A stretch of DNA of 64,000 nt from positions 26,421-90,420 of the forward strand of contig DULO01000031.1 of NCBI GenBank assembly GCA_012840345.1, in the 5' to 3' direction. The stretch is from Candidatus Fermentithermobacillaceae bacterium (GTDB lineage: Bacteria > Bacillota > Sulfobacillia > Fermentithermobacillales > Fermentithermobacillaceae). Positions 1 to 9,279 of the stretch are shown here, one piece after another; positions within the stretch are counted from its first letter, which is position 1; every line of letters begins with the position of its first letter. A program made the position numbers and the translations under genes. A model generated the notes under the pieces. The model saw only the letters and a list, made by a program, of their open reading frames with translations. It was not told the origin of the DNA and did no database searches.

Positions 1-865
1 CAGAACCCTTTTGAGCCAGCCTTCTGCCTAAGGCTTTCCTTGCCGCGTGCACGTTTTGCCCGTAGATGTCCGAATCCGGCCTGGCGAAGTAGATAAACTC
101 AAATACGCACAATGTTTGGGGTTTGGGCGGAAGGGCCCTGGAATACTCCAGAGCACACGAAGTTATCTTGCCTTCGGCATCCCTTTCGATCCTGGCGAAA
201 GCCATTTCCCCCGCGTCCATTTCTCGCAAAAACTTGGCGCCTACCGCGTCGAGGCCGCAAGTCTCGGACGAGAAGATATAGGCGCCGTCGAGTTCGCCCA
301 CACACAAGGGCCTAAAGCCGCGGGCGTCCTTGGCGGCCAAGACTCCCTCGGGCGTTACCAAAGCCAGGGCGTAGGCTCCTTCGAGCTTTTCCAGCACTTC
401 CTTGAAAGCGGCGACTATGTTGGCCTCTTTAGACCGGGCAAGCAGGTGGGCCACTACCTCGCTGTCTGAGGTTGCGTGGAATATGGAGCCCTCTCTCTCC
501 AGGGACTCCCTAAGCTCCGTGGCGTTTACCAAGTTTCCGTTATGGGCCAGAGAACACTGGCCGCGCCACATGTTCACGGTTATGGGCTGGGCGTTTTCTA
601 TGCGGCTTTCTCCCGCGGTTGAGTAACGCACGTGGCCTACGGCAACGTCCCCGGCCATGTGTTTTACGTCCTCCCCGCTCAGGACATCTGAAACCAGGCC
701 CATACCCTTCTTTGTCTTCAGCTTACCGCCGGTCCCGTAAGCGATGCCCGCGGACTCCTGGCCCCTATGCTGGAGCGCGTATAGCCCGTAGTAACAGAGT
801 TCAGCCGCGCGCGGATGGCCGGCCACGGCGAAAATACCGCATTCTTCATGTATCTCGTCGATCAT
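1..865 (-). CDS. purF: amidophosphoribosyltransferase (3' end runs off the window)
   Basis: Not in the ORF track. Manual translation from ATG 865 gives MIDEIHEE-CGIFAV...LQHRGQESAG...GHVRYSTAG...NAQP...HNGNLVN...SDSEV...CVFEFIYFARPDS (Ntn glutaminase with propeptide). GGGGAG RBS; follows purE. Confidence 0.96.
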   Translation of the reverse strand, partial: MIDEIHEECGIFAVAGHPRAAELCYYGLYALQHRGQESAGIAYGTGGKLKTKKGMGLVSDVLSGEDVKHMAGDVAVGHVRYSTAGESRIENAQPITVNMWRGQCSLAHNGNLVNATELRESLEREGSIFHATSDSEVVAHLLARSKEANIVAAFKEVLEKLEGAYALALVTPEGVLAAKDARGFRPLCVGELDGAYIFSSETCGLDAVGAKFLREMDAGEMAFARIERDAEGKITSCALEYSRALPPKPQTLCVFEFIYFARPDSDIYGQNVHAARKALGRRLAQKGS

Positions 866-917
866 AGAGTTCACTCCCCGGCGGTAATGTGCCTTTGGCG
901 TGCTGCTTCTGAGAAGT

Positions 918-1460
918 CTAGGTCCTCCGCCACTGGGGCAAGCCTTTGGCGCTCACCAGATCGCCCTTCTTGAGGGTGTCCTCGGCTTGGCTTTGGCGAT
1001 AGCGCTCCAGTTTTTCCGAGATAGACGGGTCATAAGCGCCCAATATGCGGACTGCAAGGAGCGCCGCGTTCTTGGCGCCATCGATCCCTACAGTGCCTAC
1101 AGGCACTCCGGGAGGCATCTGGGCCATGGCCAACAGGGCGTCAACCCCTCTTAAGGGGCCGGCTTCAACGGGAAGACCTATGACAGGGAGGTCAACCAGC
1201 GCCGCGACAGCCCCGGGCAGGGCCGCGGACAGTCCCGCGGCGGCGATGATGACTTTAATGCCCCGCTCCTTGGCGGCGCTTGCGTACTCTGAAAGCAAAT
1301 CAGGGGTCCTATGGGCAGAGATGACCGCTACCTCATAGGGGACGCCAAAATCTTGAAGGGTTTGAAAGGCGGGCGAAACCCGGTCCAGGTCAGACGCGCT
1401 CCCTAAGAGCACCGACACCTCGGGTCGTCCTTTGGAGGTATTATCTTCCAAGCCTTGCAC
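918..1460 (-). CDS. purE: N5-CAIR mutase
   Basis: GSASD, SAHRTP, AGLSAALPG, QMPPGVPVGTV motifs. Confidence 0.96.
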   Translation of the reverse strand: MQGLEDNTSKGRPEVSVLLGSASDLDRVSPAFQTLQDFGVPYEVAVISAHRTPDLLSEYASAAKERGIKVIIAAAGLSAALPGAVAALVDLPVIGLPVEAGPLRGVDALLAMAQMPPGVPVGTVGIDGAKNAALLAVRILGAYDPSISEKLERYRQSQAEDTLKKGDLVSAKGLPQWRRT

Positions 1461-1487
1461 CTCGCCTTCTGTGGTAGTCTCGCCGGT

Positions 1488-2036
1488 TTAGTCGGTCTGC
1501 TCGTCTAGCTCCTCAAGCACTCCAACGAAAGGCAAGCCCCGGTATTTCTCCGCGTAATCCAGGCCGTAGCCTACAACAAAAGCGTTGGGGATTATGAAGC
1601 CGTAATAATCAATGGCTACTCTGACCTGACGGCGGGCGGGCTTGTCCAAGAGCGTGCATACTCGAACGCTTGCCGGCTGTCTCGCCTTAAGGGCATCCAC
1701 AAGGTACCGGAGCGTGAGTCCGGTATCCACAATGTCTTCCACCAGCAATACGTGGCGGCCGGCCAAGTTCTGTTCCAGGTCTTTCGTTATTCTTACTTCT
1801 CCCGATGACTTGGTCGAGGCGCCGTAGCTGGAAATACCCATGAAGTCGACGCAGACGTGATAATCCAGGTGACGGATCAGATCAGCCAGGAAGATAAAGC
1901 TGCCCTTTAGGACCCCGATGATGATAAGGTCCAATCCGGCGTAATCGCGGGATATCTGCGCGGCCAATTCTTTGATGCGCTTATCCAGCTCTTCTTTGCT
2001 TATAAGAGTGCTTATCCTTTCCTTCGGACGGTCCAT
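1488..2036 (-). CDS. hpt: hypoxanthine phosphoribosyltransferase
   Basis: VLKGSFIF, SSYG, PRPP motif VEDIVDTGLTL, FVVGYGLDY. Confidence 0.96.
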   Translation of the reverse strand: MDRPKERISTLISKEELDKRIKELAAQISRDYAGLDLIIIGVLKGSFIFLADLIRHLDYHVCVDFMGISSYGASTKSSGEVRITKDLEQNLAGRHVLLVEDIVDTGLTLRYLVDALKARQPASVRVCTLLDKPARRQVRVAIDYYGFIIPNAFVVGYGLDYAEKYRGLPFVGVLEELDEQTD

Positions 2037-2252
2037 TCTCTCACCCCACAGTCTTTAAACCAAACTTAACACTCAAACCCGGGTTTCGCAAGAAGTATTA
2101 CGACAGATGTAAAGTTGTAAAACAATTCGGCCCGCGACGGATACTCCCTCTGTGAGGGCACACTATTTGGCGAAGTGTGTTACCCCGGACGCGTCAAGAC
2201 GTACTAAAAGAGTGCTTGCGCAAGAATAGAACCCGAGAGAGCAGGTGCTGTA

Positions 2253-2447
2253 ATGAAGAGGCTTTACCGGTCGACTACCAGGCGCATGGTGGCGGGAGTC
2301 TGCGGAGGACTGGCCGAGTACTTCAACATAGATGAGACCATCGTACGCCTCGGAGTAGCGCTGATGACGGTAGTGACGGGCTTTGTCCCGGGCTTGGTGT
2401 TCTACTTCCTCGCCGCGATCATAATGCCCGAAACCCCAAACGGATAG
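2253..2447 (+). CDS. PspC domain-containing protein
   Basis: KRLYRS..RMVAGVCGGLAEYFNID..IVRL plus a TM segment ending YFLAAIIMP. Confidence 0.9.
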   Translation: MKRLYRSTTRRMVAGVCGGLAEYFNIDETIVRLGVALMTVVTGFVPGLVFYFLAAIIMPETPNG

Positions 2448-2473
2448 GAAAGGCTAAGCCGTGTTTCGCTGAC

Positions 2474-2527
2474 AGGCGGGAAGGCGACGGGAGGCGGGTT
2501 CCCCCTCCTATCGCCTTCCGGCCTTTA
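2474..2527. terminator. GC-rich hairpin between convergent genes
   Basis: ggaaggcga-cgggagg ... cctccta-tcgccttcc inverted repeat between the stops of pspC and the 2525-3937 ORF. Confidence 0.6.
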
Positions 2528-3937
2528 TGCTTGCTCCCGGAATACCTCGAGGTTGGCCTCGGGGATGACCACGGTCTCCCCTGAGCCATCCAGCCGTACC
2601 ACGGCCACTTCCATCGGGCTTTCAGATTCCATGACCTTAAGTTCGGACGGAAGCTCTTCCACCGTCCCCCAAAGTCCGAAATAGGGCTCGCGGACACAGC
2701 GGACCTTGTCTCCCACTGTGAGGGAGACCGTCTCGTGCAAAGACACCTCAAAGGGCTCACCGAAGACGGGTTCTTGAGGAACGTCATCTCGCGGCGGCCC
2801 GCCTTCGCTAAACAGGATTTGGGGACGTATGGCCCCGGCGCGTATGTGGGTCGTTCCGTCCAGGGAAGCGACACGTCCGGCGTGAGAAGCCAGGAGCTCC
2901 CAAGCTCTCGGGCTCATAGGCAGCTCTCCAAACCCCTCTGTCACCACCACCGTGAGTCCGGGCTGTTCTTGCCCTGTCAACCCCACGTTTATCTCGTAAC
3001 CCAGGAACTGCACCAGGTCCAGGTTGTTGATCCCACCGACGACAAGGCCGGCGGCCCCGACGTCTCTCGCCTTGCGGAGCGCCTCCAGGCTCACCGAGCT
3101 TCCCGCCAAAAGGACGCTGCCCTTGTGGTTCTTGTCGATCCCGGCATCGCCGAGCGGTTCTGAGGGTCCGCCGCAAACCATGACAAGTTCCCCGTGCTTC
3201 TCGCCCCCTATGCCGAACACGCCCTCTAGGTACGCGCCCTGGGACTCCACGACGGCGCCGTAGTCAGGCAGGATCTCGGTCACTACCCCGGCGATATGGG
3301 CCAGAACCCTGGAAGGCTTGATCGGCCTAACAACCGTGATTGTGCCGGTCTTGGTGCATATCTTCTCGACCACGCCGCCCATGGGCGTGTAGACGTAGTC
3401 CACTCCCGCCTCGCCGATGAGGGGATTTACGACTGCCGAAGCCAACGCCTGCCCTTCGTACACCGTGTCGCCTTCCTTGACGTTGGTGTACATCCGGATC
3501 ATGGACGGCCATACCTTGAGTTTCTCCGCCACGTTCATTACGACAACCGGCTTGGACGACCTCGGGTCCTCCCTGATGACGACCCTGCCTTGGATCCTCG
3601 ATATCATCTCCACGATCCCGTCGCACGGGGCCTTGACATCAAAGATTTCCGACCAGAACCTCTTCTGGTGCCTGGCGATGGCCTGACCTTTGGTTACTTT
3701 GTCGCCAACTTTGACCAGCAGGACTTCATCCACCAGTTGAGGGGTGAGCCGCATGCGAAGTTCCGAGTTGAGGTCGATCACCCTGGGACTGCCCCGCACA
3801 AACTCGGTCTTGGCGATAACCGTCTCCGGGGTAACCAAGTCTCCCGGCTTAACCAGCACGTCCCCCGGCATGTTCAGCCTGCGCGCCTTTCTGAGCCTGG
3901 CGCGCGGCACTATTTTCGTGTTACAGGCGACGGCCAT
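2525..3937 (-). CDS. uncharacterised GlmL-associated protein: two barrel-sandwich-hybrid (lipoyl-like) repeats, alpha/beta core, C-terminal KOW/SH3-like domain
   Basis: LVKVGDKVTKGQAIA..KAPCDGIV and VKEGDTVYEGQALA..TPMGGVV repeats; VVTEGFG; C-terminal VGDKVRCVREPYFGLWGTV..IPEANLE; no signal peptide. Confidence 0.7.
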   Translation of the reverse strand: MAVACNTKIVPRARLRKARRLNMPGDVLVKPGDLVTPETVIAKTEFVRGSPRVIDLNSELRMRLTPQLVDEVLLVKVGDKVTKGQAIARHQKRFWSEIFDVKAPCDGIVEMISRIQGRVVIREDPRSSKPVVVMNVAEKLKVWPSMIRMYTNVKEGDTVYEGQALASAVVNPLIGEAGVDYVYTPMGGVVEKICTKTGTITVVRPIKPSRVLAHIAGVVTEILPDYGAVVESQGAYLEGVFGIGGEKHGELVMVCGGPSEPLGDAGIDKNHKGSVLLAGSSVSLEALRKARDVGAAGLVVGGINNLDLVQFLGYEINVGLTGQEQPGLTVVVTEGFGELPMSPRAWELLASHAGRVASLDGTTHIRAGAIRPQILFSEGGPPRDDVPQEPVFGEPFEVSLHETVSLTVGDKVRCVREPYFGLWGTVEELPSELKVMESESPMEVAVVRLDGSGETVVIPEANLEVFREQA

Positions 3938-3953
3938 GTCACAAAACCTCCTC

Positions 3954-5750
3954 TCACGAAAGGCTGTCCGCGAACATGCTTTCAGGGTAGGCGTCCATCG
4001 CCTTGGCCCACCTCTTTAAGGCCATAACTCTCCTGCGGTTATCCTCTGGCAAGGATAACGGCCTCCCTCTCCCGTCGAGGATAAGGCCTACGATTCCTCC
4101 GGAAACGTTCGCCGTAACCGGTCTGCCCGGCCCGTTTCCGACATCGAAACCTCTCTTCGGGACGACCGTAACCGGAGCGGTGGTCTTGGGAGGAAGCGGT
4201 ATGACGCGAATCTCACCCGCCTCTATCGCGTAGGACGATTCCTCCATCTCAACCCTGGCGATGGACGAACCGGGCTGGGATGAATGGCCTGAAGGGGCGA
4301 TAACCGTTCCAAGCTCCACCAGCGCTTCAGCGGACATGAGCTCGTTAACGGTCTCAGGTTCGGAATCCATGAGGACGCCCAAATGCGGGAGGAGAAACTG
4401 GCTGTCCACCGCCAGTTCCGTGATGCCTAATGGTTGTAGGGCGTCCATCATCATTAGTGCCGCTTGTGCCCGTCTAGGAGCGTAACTCAACACGCCGCCC
4501 GAACCGATGATGAGCCCGGTCTTCATGAGGTCCACGAGGGTCGCTCCCGTGCCCAGCTGGTTGAAGACGTCCCCTACTTCTCTTTTCTGCTGGATGCCCT
4601 TTAGGTCTCTTATCAGGGAACAGTGGTGGTCCAAAGAAAGGCGCAAAGCTTCTCTGGCCACGGCCTGCTCAAATACCAGGTCTCTCATGGTCTGAGGCAA
4701 AGTGGTGGGCCTGATCATCTTGTTAAAACCCCAGTTGCGTACCGAGTTTTCGTCAGTCTCCCACGGAATCCACCTCAAGACCGACTCCACTTTTGCCTCC
4801 GCCAAGACGTTAGCCAAGCTGTAGGACATTCCCAAGTTGGCCGAGACTGTCCTGAAGAACTGGCCGGATATCACCGAAAATACGTCGGTGGTAGCCCCGC
4901 CAACGTCTACCCCCAAGACGTCGAGGCCGCGGGCCTTTGCCAGGCGGGTCAAGACATCTCCCACCGCGACCGGCGTCGGCTTGATCTTGCCGCCGGTCCA
5001 GGAAGCCAGGGTCTTGTACCCCGGAGCGCGCATCATGACGTGCTCCAGAAACAACCGGTGAATCTCTTCCCTTGCCGGCCCCAGCACCTCCGTCTCCAAG
5101 CTTGGGCGTATGTTGTCTGTCACGCTAAGGTCCAGCGCGTCGCCTATGGCCTCCTCAACGTATCCCCTGGCGTCGAGGTTTCCGGCGTAGATGACGGGGA
5201 TCTTGAAGTCCTTTCCGAACCTGGCTTCGGGGTTGGCCATTGCGATGTATTCAGCCATGGCGGCGACGTCAGAGATGTTGCCTCCGTCGGTACCGCCGGT
5301 CACCAGAATCATGTCCGGACGCACTTTCCGGATGATGTCTATCCGCTCCATGAGCACCCTGTTGTCGTCCAGAGACAGGATATCGGACACAATGGCTCCC
5401 GCCCCCAAGGCCGCCCTGTGGGCGGATTCGGCGGTCATGGTTTTAACCAGCCCGGTAACCAGCATCTGGAGCCCGCCGCCCGCGGAAGATGTCGCCACAA
5501 AAACATCGGTGCCGTCTTCATGGTGGGAAGGAAGGATCAGCCTGGACCCGTCCAAAAGTCTCCTGCCGGTCCTCCTCTCAAGCTTTGCCAAGGCGTTCCT
5601 AAGGCCTATCATGACGTCCAGGTCCGGAGCCTCGACGGTGGTGGGCGCGACGGCCTTCCCAAGGACGCGCCAGCCTTCTTTCCCTCTCTCAAAGAGAACC
5701 GCCTTGGTCGTAGTGCTGCCGACGTCCGCCGCGATGATCCGGTTCCTCAT
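3954..5750 (-). CDS. long GlmL/MutL(PF13941)-family ASKHA ATPase with intact motifs
   Basis: Phosphate-1 DVGSTTTK, SSAGGGL, GGTDGG, YAGN, phosphate-2 DVGGATTDVFS, RTVSANLG, adenosine IGSGGVL; extra C-terminal domain ending LDGRGRP. Confidence 0.85.
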   Translation of the reverse strand: MRNRIIAADVGSTTTKAVLFERGKEGWRVLGKAVAPTTVEAPDLDVMIGLRNALAKLERRTGRRLLDGSRLILPSHHEDGTDVFVATSSAGGGLQMLVTGLVKTMTAESAHRAALGAGAIVSDILSLDDNRVLMERIDIIRKVRPDMILVTGGTDGGNISDVAAMAEYIAMANPEARFGKDFKIPVIYAGNLDARGYVEEAIGDALDLSVTDNIRPSLETEVLGPAREEIHRLFLEHVMMRAPGYKTLASWTGGKIKPTPVAVGDVLTRLAKARGLDVLGVDVGGATTDVFSVISGQFFRTVSANLGMSYSLANVLAEAKVESVLRWIPWETDENSVRNWGFNKMIRPTTLPQTMRDLVFEQAVAREALRLSLDHHCSLIRDLKGIQQKREVGDVFNQLGTGATLVDLMKTGLIIGSGGVLSYAPRRAQAALMMMDALQPLGITELAVDSQFLLPHLGVLMDSEPETVNELMSAEALVELGTVIAPSGHSSQPGSSIARVEMEESSYAIEAGEIRVIPLPPKTTAPVTVVPKRGFDVGNGPGRPVTANVSGGIVGLILDGRGRPLSLPEDNRRRVMALKRWAKAMDAYPESMFADSLS

Positions 5751-5767
5751 CTCTCACACCTCCGTCG

Positions 5768-6916
5768 CTAAAAACCTCCACAAAGTCCGCATTGAGCGCA
5801 GGATGGGTTGGAAAACGCGTATATGGCCTTGTTGTTCAAGAGTTGGTCGCAGGTCGCGTTTCTCGTGAGTCTCAAGGGAAGGAGCGCGCCTCCGGCCAAC
5901 GCCAGCGCTCCCATAACCGCCGACGCGGGAAAAGCCGCGGCCGGAACCGGCGCGGAAAGCCCGAGCTTGCACAGGGCAAACCCAATGACGAGCCCAACCG
6001 GGATCCCCGCGTACCCCAGGTACCAGCATTCAGCCAGGACGAGCCTCCTCAAGTCCGGCCGTGTGGCGCCAATCACTTTTAAGATACCCAACGCGCGTTT
6101 TCGTCCCAGGAAGGATACGGCTAGCACGCACGACACCGCGGACGCCGCCGTAAGGGCTACCATGACCGACACCGCCTGCCAGGGCAGATATGCTCTTAGC
6201 GCTGCCTTTCTGACGATGTGCCGGGTAAAACCATCCATGAACACCTTGGCTCCGGGATAGCTTCTGGACAGTTTGATGACCCGGGACAGGACGACGCTCG
6301 GGTCTCCCGTAACGTCAAAGGCGATCCCCGAAAGGTTTTCATGGCCTAGCGAGTCCGTCGATACCCATGCCCACCCCTCCGGATACTCACCTTCCGGCAG
6401 GTATTCACCGGTAGACCGGACCGTCCAGGTGCCTAACAAGCTCCCAGTGTCCGCGTCCCACACCTCAAGGCTTGAGCCCTCGCCGGCTTCTTTGGCCAAC
6501 GCCGGGCCGCACAGGAGGGTCCCCCTTTCCACCGAATCCAGGGCTCCGAGTACGAACAACGGCCCCAGCCGGGTGTCGGCGTTTACCCAAGGAAACCTCC
6601 TCAAGTTCGCGATGCCTTCGAAGCCCTCGGCTTCTTCCAGGGCCGAGACCGCTTCCTCGGCTGAGTCAAATATGATAATGGCTCCGGCAGGCAAGGACGG
6701 GGTAGCGACCTCTCTAGCCGCCGCGTCGCCGTTTTGAGAGACCATACAGACTACGGCCATGGAAGCCGCCACAGTAAGCGCCACTGACAAAGCCACAACA
6801 GCCGCCGCGCCGATCTCCCGCCTCAAGCGCCTCTTAGACATCAGCCTGGCCATCGACCAAGACAGCGCGGGCCGCAACCTCTCAGCCTGGGGGAGAAGCG
6901 CTCTACTTTTTGGCAT
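5768..6916 (-). CDS. FtsX/MacB-type ABC permease with C-terminal CxxCxxC tail
   Basis: N-terminal TM, extracytoplasmic domain, RKRALGILKVIGAT..LRRLVLAE FtsX signature, three C-terminal TMs; ends SCAQCGLCGGF. Confidence 0.8.
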   Translation of the reverse strand: MPKSRALLPQAERLRPALSWSMARLMSKRRLRREIGAAAVVALSVALTVAASMAVVCMVSQNGDAAAREVATPSLPAGAIIIFDSAEEAVSALEEAEGFEGIANLRRFPWVNADTRLGPLFVLGALDSVERGTLLCGPALAKEAGEGSSLEVWDADTGSLLGTWTVRSTGEYLPEGEYPEGWAWVSTDSLGHENLSGIAFDVTGDPSVVLSRVIKLSRSYPGAKVFMDGFTRHIVRKAALRAYLPWQAVSVMVALTAASAVSCVLAVSFLGRKRALGILKVIGATRPDLRRLVLAECWYLGYAGIPVGLVIGFALCKLGLSAPVPAAAFPASAVMGALALAGGALLPLRLTRNATCDQLLNNKAIYAFSNPSCAQCGLCGGF

Positions 6917-7610
6917 TCAGGACCTTCCTCTCGACGATCTCGCCGTCGGACAGGCGGATAAGCGTATCCGCGTAGTCCAAAAAACCGTCCTCGTGGGTAA
7001 CCACCACAAAGGTCTGTCCTTCCTCTTGGTTGAAGCGCTTAAACAGCTTCATTATCTCCTGGGACATCTTTGAATCCAGGTTTCCGGTAGGTTCGTCGGC
7101 CAGCACGATGGAAGGCCTGGGAGCCAGCGCCCGGGCTATGGCGACTCTCTGCTGCTCACCGCCGCTAAGCTCCACCGGGTAATGGTTCGCCCGGGCCGTC
7201 AACCCGGTAACCTCAAGAAGATGCATGACCCGGGACATGATGTCCCGCTCGTCCATCCGGGCTAGCCTCATGGGCATTCCGATGTTCTCGGCCGCGGTAA
7301 GTTCGGGCAAGAGGTTGAAGAACTGGAACACGATCCCCAACTCGCGGCGCCTCATCACCGCCAGGTCGTCCTCGCTCATTCTGGAGTACTTTCGGCCGTT
7401 TAGGAGGACCTCCCCGTGGGTGGGCCGGTCTATTCCGCCGAGTATGTTCAAGAGAGTGCTCTTGCCTGACCCGGACGGACCCATGATGACGACGAACTGT
7501 CCCCTCTCCACCTCAAGCTCTACGTTGGACAAGGCGAACAAGCCGTCGCCTACTGCATAGAACTTCGAGAGTTCGTGGCACGCGAGGATGGGTCCATGCC
7601 ATTCATTCAC
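6903..7610 (-). CDS. ABC ATP-binding protein, LolD/MacB type
   Basis: GPSGSGKST, VFQFFNL, LSGGEQQRVAIARAL, ADEPTGNLD. Confidence 0.95.
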   Translation of the reverse strand: MNEWHGPILACHELSKFYAVGDGLFALSNVELEVERGQFVVIMGPSGSGKSTLLNILGGIDRPTHGEVLLNGRKYSRMSEDDLAVMRRRELGIVFQFFNLLPELTAAENIGMPMRLARMDERDIMSRVMHLLEVTGLTARANHYPVELSGGEQQRVAIARALAPRPSIVLADEPTGNLDSKMSQEIMKLFKRFNQEEGQTFVVVTHEDGFLDYADTLIRLSDGEIVERKVLNAKK

Positions 7611-9054
7611 GCTTCAACACCTCCGCGCTGGGAACCCGCGCCGCCCACAGACCTACCGCCGTACCCAGGGCCAACGATATTCCCAAAGACATGCCGAAGA
7701 CCGAGATGAAGTCTATGAACGTAAGTTTGATCCACTCGGCGGCCGTAATCTCTGAGGCCAAGAGCGACCACAACGAAAGGACTTTTGCCGCTAAGAACCC
7801 TATGGCTGCTCCCGCGGCCGCGACGTATCCGACAATAGTCAGCACGTAGACCACGACATCTTTGCCTGTGGCGCCAATAACCCGTAAGAGGCCTATCTTT
7901 CTCTTCTGCTGGACCAGCATGATGTAGGAACTCCCGGCCACGATAACGCCGGAAAGCATAAAACCCTGAACCTGAAGAAGCCCGCCGGCGTCGAGCCCTT
8001 GGAACCTAAGAGCTGACCCCGATACCTGGAGTTTCTTGAGTTCAGGCACGGGGCAGACCTGAAAACCTTCTCCCAACTTCTCTTGAATCCCGGACGCTAT
8101 CGCCTTTGCCTCGGACATGCGGTCAACCGATATCAGGAGCTCATAGGTAGGCAGTTGGTTCAAATCCACAGCCGCCTGGGTTTGAGCCAGGATCTCCTGA
8201 AACGTCTCTTTGGTAACGAAAACCTCCGGCCTATCCCAAAAGCGCGCCTCTTCGCCGGGTGCCGGGAACTCGGGCAAAGCGGTGGCATCAGGTTCCAGTA
8301 CCTGGTTGGTGTTCACCCGGTACTTGCCGGATACTTCAAGCACAACCGAAGCCCCGTTGTCCCAATCCAGCCCGAGCCCGAAAGCACCCCCAACAAGTCG
8401 CGCGGGGTCTTTGGAAGAAGGCGCGGGGTTCACGACCAACCGCGGCACTCGAACCGGAACAGACGAGCCTACGAGGTTGTACTCAAGTCCTCCGAAGTTA
8501 GGGAAGAGAGCCTCCATTCCGGAGCCGGCCGCAGGCCCAGGATACTCGCCTTCCACGATGAAGCGGGCCATAGAAAGGGGAAAGCTCTCAGCATCCAAAG
8601 CGTCTCTCGCTCTTAGAATGGCCTGGACCGAACCCACCAAGCACGGCAAGGATACATAAGGTTCGACACGGGTTACGCCGGGGACGTCTTTGATCAGGTC
8701 CATTACTTCGCGTGGGTCAAAGGCGCGCCAACCTAAAGACCCTTCCGATATATAGCCTTCTTGAGAAAGCCGGTGAAAGTAGTAGAGCGCGTGGGACTGC
8801 CAATCCCGTCCCTCCCACGGTTTCACAGTGAGGTTTGCGCCGTTTCGGGACTCTACCCGGCTTGACAGTGGCAAGACGACCAGGTCGCCTCCGATAAACG
8901 CCCTTTCCGCCTGGCCAACGCCCCACGGATAACCCCGGGGGATCATGTGGGACACAACAAGCATCCACGCGGCAAGAGCGGTCGCGGCCAAAGCGACGCC
9001 GGTCCTGGTCCAGTTTCGCTTTATCTCGTTTCTGCCGAGGCGGATTAGGTCCAA
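7603..9054 (-). CDS. FtsX/MacB-type ABC permease
   Basis: N-terminal RNWTRT + TM, large extracytoplasmic domain, QKRKIGLLRVIGAT, C-terminal AARVPSAEVLKRE; TTG start at 9054 after GGAGGG. Confidence 0.8.
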   Translation of the reverse strand: MDLIRLGRNEIKRNWTRTGVALAATALAAWMLVVSHMIPRGYPWGVGQAERAFIGGDLVVLPLSSRVESRNGANLTVKPWEGRDWQSHALYYFHRLSQEGYISEGSLGWRAFDPREVMDLIKDVPGVTRVEPYVSLPCLVGSVQAILRARDALDAESFPLSMARFIVEGEYPGPAAGSGMEALFPNFGGLEYNLVGSSVPVRVPRLVVNPAPSSKDPARLVGGAFGLGLDWDNGASVVLEVSGKYRVNTNQVLEPDATALPEFPAPGEEARFWDRPEVFVTKETFQEILAQTQAAVDLNQLPTYELLISVDRMSEAKAIASGIQEKLGEGFQVCPVPELKKLQVSGSALRFQGLDAGGLLQVQGFMLSGVIVAGSSYIMLVQQKRKIGLLRVIGATGKDVVVYVLTIVGYVAAAGAAIGFLAAKVLSLWSLLASEITAAEWIKLTFIDFISVFGMSLGISLALGTAVGLWAARVPSAEVLKRE

Positions 9055-9236
9055 AGCCCCACCCTCCAATCACACCAATTCCGTATTCTTGGAGGATCTC
9101 CTTCTCGACAATTGCTGACATTGACATTCTACGAGTTTACAAGGGAAAAGGTGCCCACAGAGACTTGCTCGCAGCAATGCGCGGGGTGTCTTGAGGCACA
9201 ATGCCTCGGCTCCGTTTACGCCAGCAATCTTGCGAG

Positions 9237-9265
9237 GTAATACTGTACTGCTACGTAAACGTCAA
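9237..9265 (-). promoter_or_regulatory. putative sigmaA promoter for the downstream permease module
   Basis: TTGACG(9265-9260)-17 nt-TATTAC(9242-9237) on the minus strand. Confidence 0.5.
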
Positions 9266-9279
9266 GCGTTGGTGACAGG

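Noticed and set aside
2037-2252. Purine/ZTP/PRPP riboswitch upstream of hpt-purE-purF
   Set aside because: No conserved aptamer motifs or terminator recognisable by eye; an Rfam scan would settle it.
2525-3937. Partner proteins as MacA/HlyD periplasmic adaptors or biotin/lipoyl carriers
   Set aside because: No signal peptide or TM, no coiled-coil hairpin between the lipoyl halves, no MKM/DKA attachment motif.
3954-5750. Calling the PF13941 'MutL' proteins DNA mismatch repair MutL, or evidence of a glutamate mutase pathway
   Set aside because: The motifs are ASKHA/actin-like, not GHKL, and no glmS/glmE mutase subunits are in the window.
4623-5771. Long plus-strand ORFs (also 3296-4027, 24954-25892, 42308-43096, 45095-45985) and minus-strand 19516-20406
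   Set aside because: Antisense shadows of well-supported genes in a GC-rich genome; no recognisable motifs.
8717-9127. Possible precursor or signalling peptide ORF (MSMSAIVEKEILQEYGIG...) before the permease
   Set aside because: No RBS; runs 136 aa out of frame into the permease; no leader/core pattern.
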